Positions 1 through 15,829 of a stretch of DNA of 64,000 nucleotides are shown in pieces. The stretch lies in NCBI RefSeq assembly GCF_009914755.1, contig NC_060929.1. One strand, given 5' to 3'. Position numbers and translations under genes: made by a program. The notes beneath the pieces were generated by a model that ran no database searches, had not been told where the DNA came from, and saw only the letters and a list, made by a program, of their open reading frames with translations. How positions within the stretch are numbered: position 1 is the stretch's first letter; the number at the start of each line of letters is the position of its first letter. This DNA comes from the human T2T-CHM13v2.0 reference genome, Homo sapiens.

Positions 1-570
1 AATCTAAAAATAATCAGTATACTTATTAGAATTAATAAGTAAATTCAACCAGGTTTTTGTACAAAAAATAATAGTATATGTAAATACCAGTAACCAAAAT
101 AAGAATATGAAATGCTAATAAATAATTCTATTTAAAACCTTAAGAACATTAAAACCTTAAAAATAATCTAATGTAAGATATGCAAGTCATCTACAGTGCT
201 AATTATAAAATGTTATTGAAAGAAATTGAGTAACACTTGAGTAACTGGAGGAATAAACCCATGTCCTGGATTGTTAGATTTGATATTTTAAAAAGTTTAC
301 TATTTCCAGGTTGATCTACAGGTACAATGCAATCCCCCCAAATCCAAAAATAATAAAGAAGCAAAAAAAGGAATAATTTCTTAACAACACTAAGCAAGAA
401 AATATGTTTCATGTCTACAGATCTGTAGCTGTTTTAAAATTAATAAAAGTATATTCTAAATCTCTATGCAATGAAGTTGCAGAAGTAGATAAAATGAAAA
501 AAATCTCATAAAAACACTTTTTGCCAAAGTTACATTAGAAGAAATTAAAAATCTAAAAAAAATATTTATC
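1..570 (+). mobile_element. Ancient L1 (L1M-type) ORF2 fragments
   Basis: Degenerate L1 ORF2 motifs, e.g. 'aaaatgttattgaaagaaattgag', 'ccatgtcctggattgttagattt', 'gatctacaggtacaatgcaatcccc'. Confidence 0.7.
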
Positions 571-1032
571 CAAATTCAATTCAATTAACATTCATAGAGC
601 TTCAAGAATTGTCAACATCAGCAAAATGTATTTTCCATCATGGATTAGGGTGTATATTGAGATGTTTTCTTTCTCTTTGATCATATTTGCTTCATGTATG
701 TGACTCATGCAACTTGAGTATTCGGAGTCTGTAGAGAAGCACTAGATTAAACATCTGAAGTAATGTATTAAAAGTGCCCATTTTTGTCTCTCTGGATAAT
801 ATCCTTCACTGTTGATTATTAAGATATGTTTTTAAGGTAAAGCAAGGAATCCGAATTGGAGGGAGAACGATCTGTTGAAATACCATATAGCATATAACAA
901 CTTGTGGAAATACACATTTAAAAAATAAGTTTAAGCCAGGTCACTTTCTACTGTGATGATGCCAGCACAAAGTTTTAAGTCAGACTCCGATTGCTGCTTT
1001 GTTTTCCAGTGGGATGAGAGGTTTGTAATGGA

Positions 1033-1090
1033 TGTGGGTGTGTTTGTGTGTGTATGTGTATGTGCACATGTGTGTGTGTGCATGTGTGAG
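1033..1090. repeat. Imperfect (TG)n microsatellite
   Basis: tgtgggtgtgtttgtgtgtgtatgtgtatgtgcacatgtgtgtgtgtgcatgtgtg seen directly. Confidence 0.85.
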
Positions 1091-2149
1091 TTATTGCAAA
1101 GGCATAGAAAGGATATGACTCCTAAGGGAAAAGGAGGCTACATTTAGAAGGATCAGGTTTTATCTCCTCGGGAAAAAATAAAACAAAACAAAAAGCAGAA
1201 AAATCCCCAATTTTGGTTTTATAAAGGTATTTTATAGCATTGGGTTCTCAATTCAATTTTTTTTTGTTTGTTTTCAAGTAGGCTATAGAATGCTGACACA
1301 TTGATTATCTCTGACGATTTTCTGTTCCTCTTTGCTCTTTATTTCTAATTATGCTATCTCAAAATAACAGCATATCACGGCCTTTGTGTCATAGATATAT
1401 AGGTCATCATAATCCAATTATTTAGTGTCACCAATAAAAAAATTGATAGAAAATATCCAACATAGAATTTATTTTTAAAATTTTATATCCATTCTTATTT
1501 GATGTTTACTTATCTTAACATTTATACGTTATCTTGACCCTGTTTACTGCGAAGGTTGTTTACTCCATAATGATAAGGATATAATGTTGTAATTTGAGAC
1601 AATATTACTGAATTCATTTATATTTCCATTTTTATAACAGCTGAGTCCTAATATTCTTGTGTTCTCAAAATACTGTCTGTATTGTTTCAAATAATTTTGT
1701 TGACCCATAATTTTTTATAACTTCAAATACTTTAAAGCCCCCGTTCTATATCTAAATGTTCATTTTTATTTTTATATTTTTCTTGACCTTAGGGGGCTGT
1801 GCTATATAGATGAAGGCAATGGATATAGAGGAACTTATTAGTAAGAAATTATTATTTCAACAAGTTTTCTTGCAACCTGAGTTCAAAAAAGTCAGTAAGT
1901 TTTTATTTAACTTCTGGTCATGATTCAGTCAGAATTAGTGTTCATCATAAAGGAGACAAGTAAACAAACTTGAGCATCAACACATAAGAGAAATGATCCT
2001 CCATATTACTCCACTGCTTGCCTAACGTAACTTAAGGGAAGTTTTACAGTGTCTCTTGAAACAGCCAGAATTTTGAACATTAGGTTCACCAATACCTCTT
2101 ACATGATCACTAGAAGTACTCCCTGGGGAATTAACAATAGGAACCTAGG

Positions 2150-2560
2150 TTTTATACTGAAAAGTCAAAGTTCAAGTTGGACATGCTATTGAAGCAACCT
2201 AAGTGAGAGATGTTGAAAAAAAATACAAGGTAAAAGAATAGGTAATGAAAATAAGTGGATGGATTTGAAAGATCATTGGTAGGCAGGGTCATTAGAATTT
2301 AAATATGAGATTAAAAGAATGGGACATTTAAAGATATTGCCAGGAATATGGATTAAGTAAATAGTAGTGACATTTAATTTGGGAAATACTGGACAAGTTT
2401 AATTTTAAGTATGCTTAATTTAAGACACCTGTAGGACACTCAAGGGAGTGTTGAAGTTCCTGGCTATGTTATAAATATCGGGGTCTCAACTTAAACCAAT
2501 AATTTAATCCATGAGAGATAAGAAGATCAATGAGGAGCGTTTCAAGGATACTACTGGAAG
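2150..2560 (-). mobile_element. L2 LINE remnant
   Basis: Purine-rich antisense L2 motifs such as 'ttcaagttggacatgctattgaag' and 'atgcttaatttaagacacctgtaggacactcaagg'. Confidence 0.6.
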
Positions 2561-3639
2561 CCTGCAATAAAGTTCACCTCTGGAAATGGCCAATGATTGT
2601 AGTTTGTAAAATGAGAGGAACTTTGTTTCCTGAGGCACTTTTTGTTTTCTCTAATTCTATGTTAAAACAATTAATAAGCAGCTACTATATACTGACCAGT
2701 GCTTAAAATTAAAAAAGAAAAAAATCTAATATTTTCCCTACAAGAAATTTATAATCTAATGAGAAAAATACATTTAGAGGTTAGAATAGATTTTTAATTA
2801 TATTTTTTCTTTCCAAAGATAAAAAATAATATTTTGGTTTAAAATCTAATTAGTTGGGTCAAACAAATATTATTTTTCTATAATGTCTGTGTATATATGT
2901 GTGTGTGTGTGTGTGATGTTACTGCATTTAAAGTTTTAAAAATAGTAAATATGTGAAACATAAATGCAGAGCACTCATAACATATATAATCTCATAAATA
3001 ATTCTATAAGTAAACAAAACAGTAAAAATACCACTACAAATTTAAATATCTTAAATTTCCCATGAATAACATTGAAGTAACTTGGTGCTGCGTCTTAACA
3101 AAAACCTTGTAGGTTGCTTTATGCAGCTAAGTATAAGGAAGCACTGTGGCTCTGTTAAGTGGAAAGCAGTAAGTCTAAAAGAAGGACATAGTCTTGATAA
3201 TGAAGGTAAATTACTGTGGTTTGTTGTTCCGTTCTTATTTTCTTATTCATTGGCTTAAATTAGAAATCTAACATTTGTTGTTTGGAGAATTACTTCCTTA
3301 CATAAAGGAATTGCTCATTTTGTGCCAAGTGACAACAGATGCTACAAAATGGTATTATCCTATACTCAGTTTTATAGTTGTTAATTTCAATCCGCTGCAA
3401 ATGCTTTTCTATTCCACTTAAAGGAGATGATAACTGTAATATGTGAAGTTTTCATTGTTATTAATTTATTTATTTTGTGGCCTCATCTCCCATAACAATG
3501 TTGTTTCTTTAGGCCTTAATTGTCTTTTCATTTCTTTCAAAGTGTTTTATTATTTAAATCTTCTCATTACTTAAGGTTTTTCCTTTTGTTCACTATTTTG
3601 ATTCTTATAACCAGCACTCTTATTCATGTGCCACATGAA

Positions 3640-3785
3640 TGGGATACTTACCAGAAGCCAACCAGATACAGCCATCCAATCTCAAACTTCCCAGCCTCCA
3701 GAACTGTGAACCAAAACAAACCTCTCTCTTTCTAAATTACCCAGTCTTAAGTATTCTGTTACAGCAACAAAAAAGGACTGAGACA
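3640..3785 (+). mobile_element. MaLR LTR 3' portion (MST/MLT1A-like)
   Basis: 'cttcccagcctccagaactgtgaaccaaaacaaacctctctctttctaaattacccagtc...tattctgttacagcaacaaaaaaggactgagaca' is the typical MaLR LTR end, terminating in CA. Confidence 0.85.
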
Positions 3786-5549
3786 GTGAACATGTGTTGG
3801 GGAGGGGAGGATATAATTTGTTGTTTCATTGAGCATGGTGAAGTTTTTCACTTTTGGCTATTATTATCGGGCAGGGCCATGCTGAATTACCTCATGAAAT
3901 ATCCAAAATGAGCTGACACAATTTCATATTTCAGTTGTTATATTCAACTATTTATCTACTGCATATGAAAACTGTTTGCACTATAGATACATATTTCAAC
4001 ATAGTTTGTTATACATATTGTAACAAAAGGGACAAAATTATCCCACAGTTTTGAAGCCAGCAAGATACCAAGCTCTTAGATATCCATTCACAGGAGAGGG
4101 AGGTATACTTGTGTACTTAAATCCTGTTTAATGTTTGTTATTAAAAAACGGATTCAGGCTACATCCAATACAGAATACTAAGTTAGAGATACAGAGAGAC
4201 TCATATTGCATAGCATTTTATTGTTACTAACTACCATAGAATATCTTGGAATAAAAGCCAAGATAGGCCTTAAAGATAATCTTTTCATCAATCTTTAATT
4301 TCTAATTGTAAAACTAGACAATGTTCCCTGAACACGGGAAAATGGCTCTGGCTCTTGACACAGCTGTTGTAATAATGACCAGCCTATCTCCAAAAAGACA
4401 CATATCTGAGTGTTGTCACCTTTAGATTAGATAAGAGTTTCATATTTTATTTTCTGGAAATAATTGTGGTTAAAGGAAAAATATATTTCAGAAAAAGTAA
4501 AATAATTAAATTAAAAATAGACTTTTACTTTCAGTTCTTTTTTTACCTATCAATAATTTTTGTCCAAATGCATTTGTTTACCTATATGTCATTCCTTCAC
4601 CATGTTCCCTAAAATATTATCTTTGCTTCTCTTATATCTGATGAGGATTTACATAAACTAGTCAATTTGAATCCAAAACAACTCTGATGGCCATACTTAT
4701 TTTGTAAAAGATAAGATTTAAAAAGTAGTAGCATGCTGTGAACAAAAGCAGGGATGTAACACTGAAAATTAAGGCTTTTCCATGCTTTGTAGGATTTGGC
4801 CAAGGGAAAGTAATCACAGACTGAAATAAAGCTGCAAGAATTGAAAAATAGAGGTTCTGTAAAGAAAAAATCACTCTAAGAGAAAATGTGTTAAAATTCC
4901 TTATTCCTATCTTTATGTTGTACTATTTTTTTGAACCCAGTTTCTGGGTTCTTAAAAGACTAAGTATAATTTACTATTACAAATTCACAAATGTTGTCTT
5001 ATTAGTTATCCAAGGAAGTCTTACTGATCATTTCATATGTTTTATTCCTAAAGTGTTCATAGAAAACTTAGACCCTTTTAATATTAAAAGAACACAAAAT
5101 AATTTTATTAAAGTGCTTTATTTTTAAAACAACCTAAAATATATGTGAACATATTTTCCTTCATTTCATTATATTCATGCGCAATGACAATGCTGCTAAA
5201 TTTATCTTGAGGATATAAGTCAGCCACTCAGGAGAAAATATAAAACAAATAGTTGTAACCCAAAAGCAAACAGTTTATCACTGGGTTTAAAACACAACAA
5301 AACAGAAAACTTGAGGAGGATATTTTTTGACCCTAGACCATAATTGATAATGTCAAGCCTCAAGCTTCGAAATGATATCTTGACTACATATTAATCTTAA
5401 AATGATTACTTAAAAAATAGAACAACGAACATAGAAGCTGGAAAACTAAGATGTTTATAAACATTCACATTTTTTACTTCATATCCCATTTACTCTGCAT
5501 TGCTCCTATGCCCCTGAATGCAAAATTAAGATGTTCTCCTAAATCACCA

Positions 5550-5702
5550 TTTCAGACCTTTTTTTGGACCAATAATTCTTTATAAAAAATGCACAAATAC
5601 ATATACCTACACAGTTTTACATATAATTTAAAGCTTTCATACACCCCACCAAAGCCCATCTGGGCTCTATAAAGTTTCACATATCCAAGTCAAGAATCCC
5701 TG
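5550..5702. mobile_element. hAT-Charlie MITE remnant (Charlie4z-like)
   Basis: 'aaaaatgcacaaatac...ttttacatataattt...aagcccatc...caagtcaagaatccctg' resembles the recalled consensus; heavily diverged. Confidence 0.5.
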
Positions 5703-5721
5703 GCCTAAAAAAGTACATTTC

Positions 5722-5730
<9 letters not shown>

Positions 5731-5780
<50 letters not shown>
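5731..5780. repeat. Perfect (CA)25 microsatellite
   Basis: 50 nt of uninterrupted CA counted directly. Confidence 0.97.
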
Positions 5781-5786
<6 letters not shown>

Positions 5787-6209
5787 GCTTAGAGGCTTGT
5801 AAAACTTCCTACCACTATAGGCAGGCTTCTTAAAATGACAAACACTCAGTAGGTGCTCATCAAATGTTAGCAGTTAATGATGATAGACATCTGTTTTGTC
5901 CTCTCACACATGTCCTAATGTGAAATCAGCTCTCATGTGAATTTTCTGCCAGAAATGTTCAGACTGTATCTCCTATTTCCAGTGACACTGAAAGCAAAGC
6001 AATATTAGAGACTGAATTGCTGAATCAACTTTTCAATAACTAGGAATTAACAGGATCTCAGTATCCCAAGGAAGTTAATAAGAAAACCAAGATTTCCTAA
6101 TTATACAGAACTTAGATCTGTGGGCTCAAAAGCTCAGAAGACCAATAAGCTTAGATAACAATGAGCAAAGATCATATGCAATTTTATTGGGATCTGTTCA
6201 TAATTAGGA

Positions 6210-6480
6210 ATGATGCCCTTCTGCCTGTGGAAGCAATTACCAACTCTCATCAATATTCATTTCTCCTTTCCTTCTTGGATACCCAGAAGACAAAAATTTC
6301 CAGTCTTTCAATTAGTCAGGTTAATGTGGGTAGTTCCAGTTGACAGAGTTTAAGCAAAAGCCACAAGTGTCACTTCTTGGCTGAGATATTGAGAAGCCCC
6401 GGCTCTATTTCTTTATTTGCTCAATGCATGACAGCGACCCTGGAAACTATAGGTTTATACTGCAAAACCATAAGATAGGA
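6210..6480 (+). mobile_element. Old MLT1 (J/K-like) LTR fragment
   Basis: 'gttccagttgacagagtttaagcaaaagccacaagtgtcacttcttggctgag' resembles the MLT1J/K core. Confidence 0.5.
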
Positions 6481-9134
6481 TTTTAAAAAACAAAACAAAA
6501 CAAACAAAAACCCTTGGAAGGGAGTTCCCCTGGAGGAATAAACTTTGACCAGTAATATTTCAGAGCTCATTAGATAGTTAAGAATGATTTAGGCTAATCT
6601 GACTTATTCTCCAGGCCAGACAACATTTTGATTATTTTAATTAATATGTAATGGGAAATAGAAATGTTAGACAGTTTAGTGATAGAAATTGTTCAAAAGA
6701 TTTTGAACATCTTTTTGTCACCCCAAAATTCACAAGTTATATTTAAATACATTTAACAGTGCTTTCAGCTCTCTGTATAATAGTGGAAAAGATCAAATTT
6801 CTGAGTGGACATGGAAACCAAAGTGGTACTTCTTGCTCATTTTGGGGACAGTTATATGGGAACTTGGTACACCGTTTGCTCACCAACAGGCCACAATTGA
6901 ACATTTAATGCATTTTTAAGACTAATTTCAGAAACTACTTCTTAGCTGTAACCTTCTTATCATCTTTCTTTGATACAATTGGGTTGTGTGTGGCTGGTGA
7001 CAAAATCTACCTGCTCAAGACAAAGTTCAATACCTTTTAAATAAAGTGACAATCTAGTCTCCAAAATTATTATAAACACGTACACTCTATAGGAAGAGGC
7101 AGCAAGGTTCCTAAACAAAAGAATATAAATTATTCATCCTTATTTAGTGCTAGTAGGCAAAAATCTTAGAGAACAAAGCTGTAGCTACTTATGCAAATAT
7201 TGCTTAGGATGAAAACATAAATATTCACTATTTTCACCAGTAGGACACCTTGCAAATGGCAAATGTTTATGCCCTAGATTGTAGTATGTGTAGTTTTTCT
7301 GAGAATCTATTCTAACATCCACCACTTAGTTGTCACAGGTCACTTGAATGCAAAGTAACTTTTAAATCAATATTCAGCATACCTTCTGTAATATTAAGTA
7401 ATATGCACATCCAGAAAGATGAAAACTTAAGACTCTTCATAAGCAGAATATGAAAGGCAGTAATTGCTAATAGAACACCTGCAATGACCTAATGTAGAGC
7501 CCATAAACACCTACACATTGACTGCCTCAATTGCTCTTAAATGAATCTCAGAAGGTGGCAAAGCATGTTTTTAGTGCAAACTGGCATTCAATTATGATCC
7601 TCATTTAATTAACGATAGCATTAACAAGGTCAGTTTGTTTCCCGTACACAAGACATTACAACTTCTTTATCAAAAGGAGACAAAGTAGTGTCCCTGCCTT
7701 GCAATTAGTAAAGGCTGAAATCAGGTTAGCATCTTGCATACTGAACAATCTTTACAGTTGTACTGTTTGGTTGACTGGGAATAGGAAACAATATTTTAAT
7801 CACAAAGCAATATACTTTGAAAGCAAGAATATAATTTTAGAGGATTTATTTATCTCCGCAGTATATGGGAAAAAAAATTGATGGCAATTCTACTGCTCTC
7901 CAGGGAAGCAAAGACATCAAGAGACCAGTGGACACAGACGACAGAACAAATTAGAGCAACTCCTAACTATCTTCTCTTGCCGTACCCATTATAATTTTGA
8001 CAGAAATAAAGCAAACCTAGGTTTAGGCTTAAGGCAAGCTCAAAAATTGTCACATGTTACAAAAAGCACGTAAAATCATAAAAAAAAAAAAAACTGTAAC
8101 CCTGCATGCACAAACTCACATCTGCACGCACATCTTAAACTCCCGAAGCATTTATGAACTGTGAATCTTCTCCCTCTCTTCGAAATTATTTTTCAAAGAA
8201 GATACTCATATCCCCTTTTTTCTTGTCTCTCTCAGCTGTGTCTCAAAAATCTTTCCTCTATCTGCTGGATAGATACCTATCTGTTTCCCCTGTCTGTTGT
8301 TCTCTCACATTCCTGCCTTATTCCTATTCCAATGGCCGTCTTTAGTGTCTTCTCCCATCTTAAATCTCCTTTTTTTTTTTTTTTCTAATTTCCCCCAGGC
8401 ATAGATTTTTGGCCTCTCTTGGCTTCCTGATTTCATATCTCCACTAATTGCACTACTAATTCATCAAAGTCTAGTTACAAAAACAATTATTTTTTCTTAG
8501 AAGGCCAATGTGTGTGGGAATTGGCCAGGGTGAAGGAGGGGAAAAAAACAAATCTGTGAAAACTTACACTTTAATATAGATCTTATTGTTATCACATCCA
8601 TATATATGTAGTTATGTCTTTAATTTTACTGCTTCTTTTATTTTGGAACACTTAGTGCCCCAGAAAATTCAGTCAAACCCGTTCTTCCAAAAGTTTTTCA
8701 TTTCAAATAACCCCAAATTTAGAATTACAAATCTCAGTTATCAAAATGTATAAAATAACTGAGATAATATTTATGTAACTTATCTGATGTATTGAAGATT
8801 TCAGTGGGAATAAATCCTGCCCACAGAGACGGTCTGCTACTTTGTAATAGTGAGACCTTGTCTCTATTAGTTTTAGCTTAGTTATTTGTAATTGGAGACA
8901 TATCACTCTCAAAAAGTTGCAACTAAATGTTATAATGTATATGAAATTACTTGGGGATTGTACAATTTTAATCCAATGCAAGCCACTGTATAGCTCTTGA
9001 TCACAAAGCCAGATGGTGTTAAACAGGATTTATTGGAAACCAGCCTTTTCTATTTCTTTTTAGGTATGCTCTTAGACATATTTTTGCTATTTGATCAAGC
9101 ATTCTGTGTGATAATTTAAAGCAACAAGTAAAAA

Positions 9135-9375
9135 AGTAAGAGAACTGACTTTAGAATTAGACTACTTAAGTTCAAATTCTGAGTTCTGCCACTTATTACC
9201 TATAAGATGTAGAAGATATCATTATTTAACCTCTTTATGTCTCTGAATATTCATGCGTGAAATGAAGAGGAAATGAGCTTCTAATTTCAAGTGTCAGTGT
9301 GATAATTTAATGCTTTAAAATGTGTAAAATAATCCCTGCTTGCACATGGAAAGTGTTATATAAATTACTAGAAAT
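9135..9375 (+). mobile_element. MIR SINE
   Basis: 'gactttagaattagac...gttcaaattctgagttctgccacttattacc...tttaacctct' MIR core and tail. Confidence 0.75.
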
Positions 9376-9549
9376 AATAAAGAGATTACTATCTGATATG
9401 AAAAAAATCAAAAGCCTTATATTACCAAAAGTATACTGAAAGTTGACAATTTAAACTTCATGTGTTTGTAAATAAAACGAATTTTCCAATGTATTAATGC
9501 AGATTTTCCAATATTCATTTTACTTCACTATATGTTATAGGAATCATCA

Positions 9550-9757
9550 CTTAATGGAAGGAAAACAATGTGGGAACAGATAGACTGGAGTTGAAATCTA
9601 TTTATCATTAATCAAGTTATCTAACATCTCTCTTATTTTTTGGCATCTGTAAAATTATCATAATAATGATTCTTAAGACTTTGTGAAGTTAAATATGAAG
9701 CTCTTCACACTGTTTCTGGCAAATGTGTTATAAGAAACATATCATATTAGCTATCTT
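9550..9757 (+). mobile_element. MIR SINE
   Basis: 'cagatagactggagttgaaatc...caagttatctaacatctct...catctgtaaaat...tattagctat'. Confidence 0.7.
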
Positions 9758-11613
9758 CTCCAGTTGTTGGGTTATGTGTATGTGTGTTCTTTTTAATAAT
9801 ATCCATAATATGTCATGTCCCTAGGAACTTCAGACTCACCTTCTAAATTTCATCTGAAGAACCAATCTCAATTATTAAGAAATTTGCATTAAGAAATGAT
9901 ACTTTAAAGAAGTGGTTCATGATCTGTGGCCCTGGATTCTCATAGGCCCACAGAGTTATTTCTCCAAACTCAGATGTACACTCAGCCTAGTCAGCTGATG
10001 ACTGAATAAACAATACATTATACATATGAGTATTAACAACATTCAAAATAATTTAAAAGCATGACTTTTTATCATTATACAATATTTTCATCTTAGGAGA
10101 TAATAAAACTGGCTGTTAAGACAAGTCTTCATCCTAAAAACCTGTAAACCACTAGTCAAAAGACATTCAAATCAAAGCATTTCAAAGTTATTTTAAATCC
10201 TTGATTCAAAGCAGGGCTCTTATTTTAACTGTCCATCTTCCCCCACACTCTGGTTATTTTTATAGTTTCCTCTTTATGCTCTGATTTTATAGTGTGACTG
10301 CTCATGCATATTTGTTCCAGGGCTAGATTTCTAATATGCACAGAACCATGCACTACCAGAGTTAAAAAGGACTTTAAAGTCACCTAGTCCAACTATCCGT
10401 CAGATGCATGAATTATTCCTACTTATGTCTACATCTGCTCTCCTGGTGCCTTAAATATACCCTAGATATTAGTCCTGTAGCCAAACATTAACTCTGACTC
10501 TAAATGGAATTCTTAATTCATCAGCACTTTTAAAACTTCCCACTTGTAACAAGAATCTCAATTAAAGTGTATTTAACCGCTGCTTTCACAAGATGACTGA
10601 TTCTCTATCATTTATATTGAGCTAGCTCATCATCAGTACCCAAGTCACTCTCATGTACTAAATTAGATACTGAGGGAACTACGTTAACTCTTTGAGACCA
10701 CTAAGTCACCATTTAGTGTACTGAGCTTAGGAACTGTAGTAAAGAGTTATACACCAGACACAGGCATGAATAATAGATAGCTTGACAAGAAGTAAAATAT
10801 ACACAGCCAGAAATAAAAGACCTTTATAAGAATGGTGGTTTTTAGTACATGTTAAGTACAAAAAGAAACAGATTATTAAATACCATGAGCCATCATTTAT
10901 ATAGATTTCATCAGAAATTTGAATCTATAAAAGGCATTCACTCTCTGAAGCATCACATTAAGAGAGTTGTATTGCCTGTTACAGATCTCATATTGACAGA
11001 GAGATGTTGCAATAATGACAGTCATTAAAATAACTGCCTAGTCAGACTTAAAATGATAGGCATTAAATTTGTGCTGATTAATCATTAACATCCTTTTAAA
11101 GTTTTTAGTGGTATAAAATAAAAAGTATTGAATTAAATCTTTTTTAATTTCTCTTCCCCTTTTTTCATATGAATCATATTATTCAAGCAGCTTTATAACT
11201 GACATTAAAATAATGCATGATTAAAATAATCATTGTACTTGCACAGACTAGACCCTTTTCCAATAACTTTGCATACAAAAATGAGAAATCTATTTTTTTC
11301 ACAAAATCTCCCCACCTTTTGCACTCATTGCTGTTGGATATTGAGTGTATTATACATAGCCTAGCTTCAATTTAATCACCAAGATTTAGTTAAAATACTT
11401 TCTATAATAAACACCGCAAAAATTTGAATCTTCTGGTTCCTATAAATTGAACTGATGCATAGCTTCTTTAAATACATATTCCAGTAGTCACTTACTTAAA
11501 TAGTTTATTAGAAAGCTCTAGGATGTACATGAATTATAGTTCTAAAAAATGAAACTGATGTGCAAAGTTATCACAGTCCTGAAACATTAAAAAATAATCA
11601 ACGCAATATTCTT

Positions 11614-12225
11614 TGTATTAGTATTAGTTTTCTATTGTTACCATTACAAACAACCACAAATTTAGTGGCTTGGACAACACATTTTTTAGCTTGCATTTCA
11701 GTAGGTCAGGAGTCCGAAAGTCCAACACAGGTTTCACCAGACAAATATTGAGGTGTCTGTGGGCTTCATTTTTCTCTAGAGGCTCCAGGGGAGTATTTCT
11801 AGATTAGTTGGATTGTTAGCAGAATTCAGCTCTGTGAGGTTGTAGCACCAAAGACATAACTTCCTTGTTGGCTACTGGCTATAGCCTTTCCCAGGATCTA
11901 GAGGTTGCTGTACTCCATGACTCATGGCCTTCTTTCATTTTCAAAGGCAGCAATATCATGTTCTTCCATTACTTCAAATATCTACTTCTTTTTTTTTTCA
12001 TCTCATACATCTTATGATCCAAGACTGTTTCTCAATTTGGAGATTTCATGTGATTATATTGGGCCCATGTGTATAATCCAGGATAATTTACTTGTGGAAA
12101 GATCTATACCTTCTATACCTGTAATCACATCTGCAAAGTCCCTTTTGCATGTTTGGTAAAATGTTCACAGGTTTCAGAGGTTAGGTTGTAGATTTAAATG
12201 GAAGGCCATTATTCTGCCTACCACA
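11614..12225 (-). mobile_element. MLT1 solo LTR (MLT1E-like), near full length
   Basis: Starts 'tgtattagt...accacaaatttagtggctt' and ends 'ggccattattctgcctaccaca' (TG...CA termini); contains 'ataatccaggataat' and 'catctgcaaagtccctttt'. Confidence 0.88.
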
Positions 12226-12479
12226 TATCCTAACATAGTAGGTGGCAGTTTTTGAACATTCCAGGACTACTAATATTGCATTGTGGGGAGTAATCTAAAT
12301 TCAAAGACTTTACTCCAAATTTTTAACCCCTTGATGGCACCCAGAGTCAGCTAATGCCCCTAGAGCAAAAAGTGGCTGCAGATGATCAGCTCAAATCTCA
12401 GTGGTTGTCCACACTATAGAATCTTAAGACTGCTCATTCTCTTTACTTCAGCAGAACTATGACCTTTTCTAACACAAGC

Positions 12480-14990
<2,511 letters not shown>

Positions 14991-15207
14991 TTACTTCAAC
15001 ATTTTTTTGCTTAAAACTAGAAAATGTTTTGCCTTTTTTCTTCTCCTTAACAGACCTAATACATATCACAAAGCCTTCTTTAACAAAAAGTAATAAAAAC
15101 CAACTCTTCTAAAATTTTACTTTTTCTTCTTCCTTCTGATGCCTCAGTACTCAGAGTAAATTTTTATTTTTATTTTTCTGTTCATGACTTTTTAGTATTT
15201 TTTAGCA

Positions 15208-15255
15208 CGTGTACCCTAAAGCTTAAAGTATAATAATAATAAAATAAAATAAAAA
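15208..15255 (+). mobile_element. Ultra-short 5'-truncated L1PA insertion
   Basis: 'cgtgtaccctaaagcttaaagtataataataataaaataaaataaaaa' is the L1PA terminal sequence, flanked by the perfect 12-bp direct repeat tattttttagca (15196-15207, 15256-15267). Confidence 0.9.
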
Positions 15256-15829
15256 TATTTTTTAGCAATAAGATCAGTCTGTTTCTCAAGAAGTAGGAAT
15301 GAGAGAATTAATAAAATACAGTAGTCTCTGTTCTTGAAGCCAAGTGGTGACAAACAACAAACCAAAACAAATGAAGACTGACTTCTCTCCTAAACGATAA
15401 AGAAGCAACATCTGGCCTCCCAGATTCTTACTTGAAGTTGGCAGCTTTCACCAAGTCATACTATAATTCTCTTTCCTAGTACTAGAACTGGCAAGTGAGT
15501 AGAATGAGGCACTTCAAGATGATTTGGTTTCATTTGTTTGTTTGTGTAGACGTTTTGTTTGGTTAGTTGGTTGGTTAATTTTCACCTCAGATAGGGAGAC
15601 AAGGCAAGCTCCACTCTTGGCTGCTTTCACTGGGCTGTCACCCAGCATCATGGAGGAGGATTTCCCAAATCTGAACATTTGCATGACCTGGAACCTGAAG
15701 TTTTCCTGCCCTGACTCATTTCTTATGCCAGCAAAATTGAGATGAGGGAAGGAGAGTCGACATGATCAAGGTGCCATTGTTCTCCAACACTTCTGATTTA
15801 TGTTTTCTTTTTCCTTTGTTTTTCTTTTA

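Noticed and set aside
4582-4608. 27-nt minus-strand micro-exon candidate (EHGEGMTYR), ttttAG...AG/gtaaac
   Set aside because: The acceptor region is purine-rich with several upstream AGs; too short to distinguish from chance.
15560-15790. GC-richer segment ending ...gttctccaaca, possibly an old ERVL LTR
   Set aside because: I could not match it to a family with confidence.
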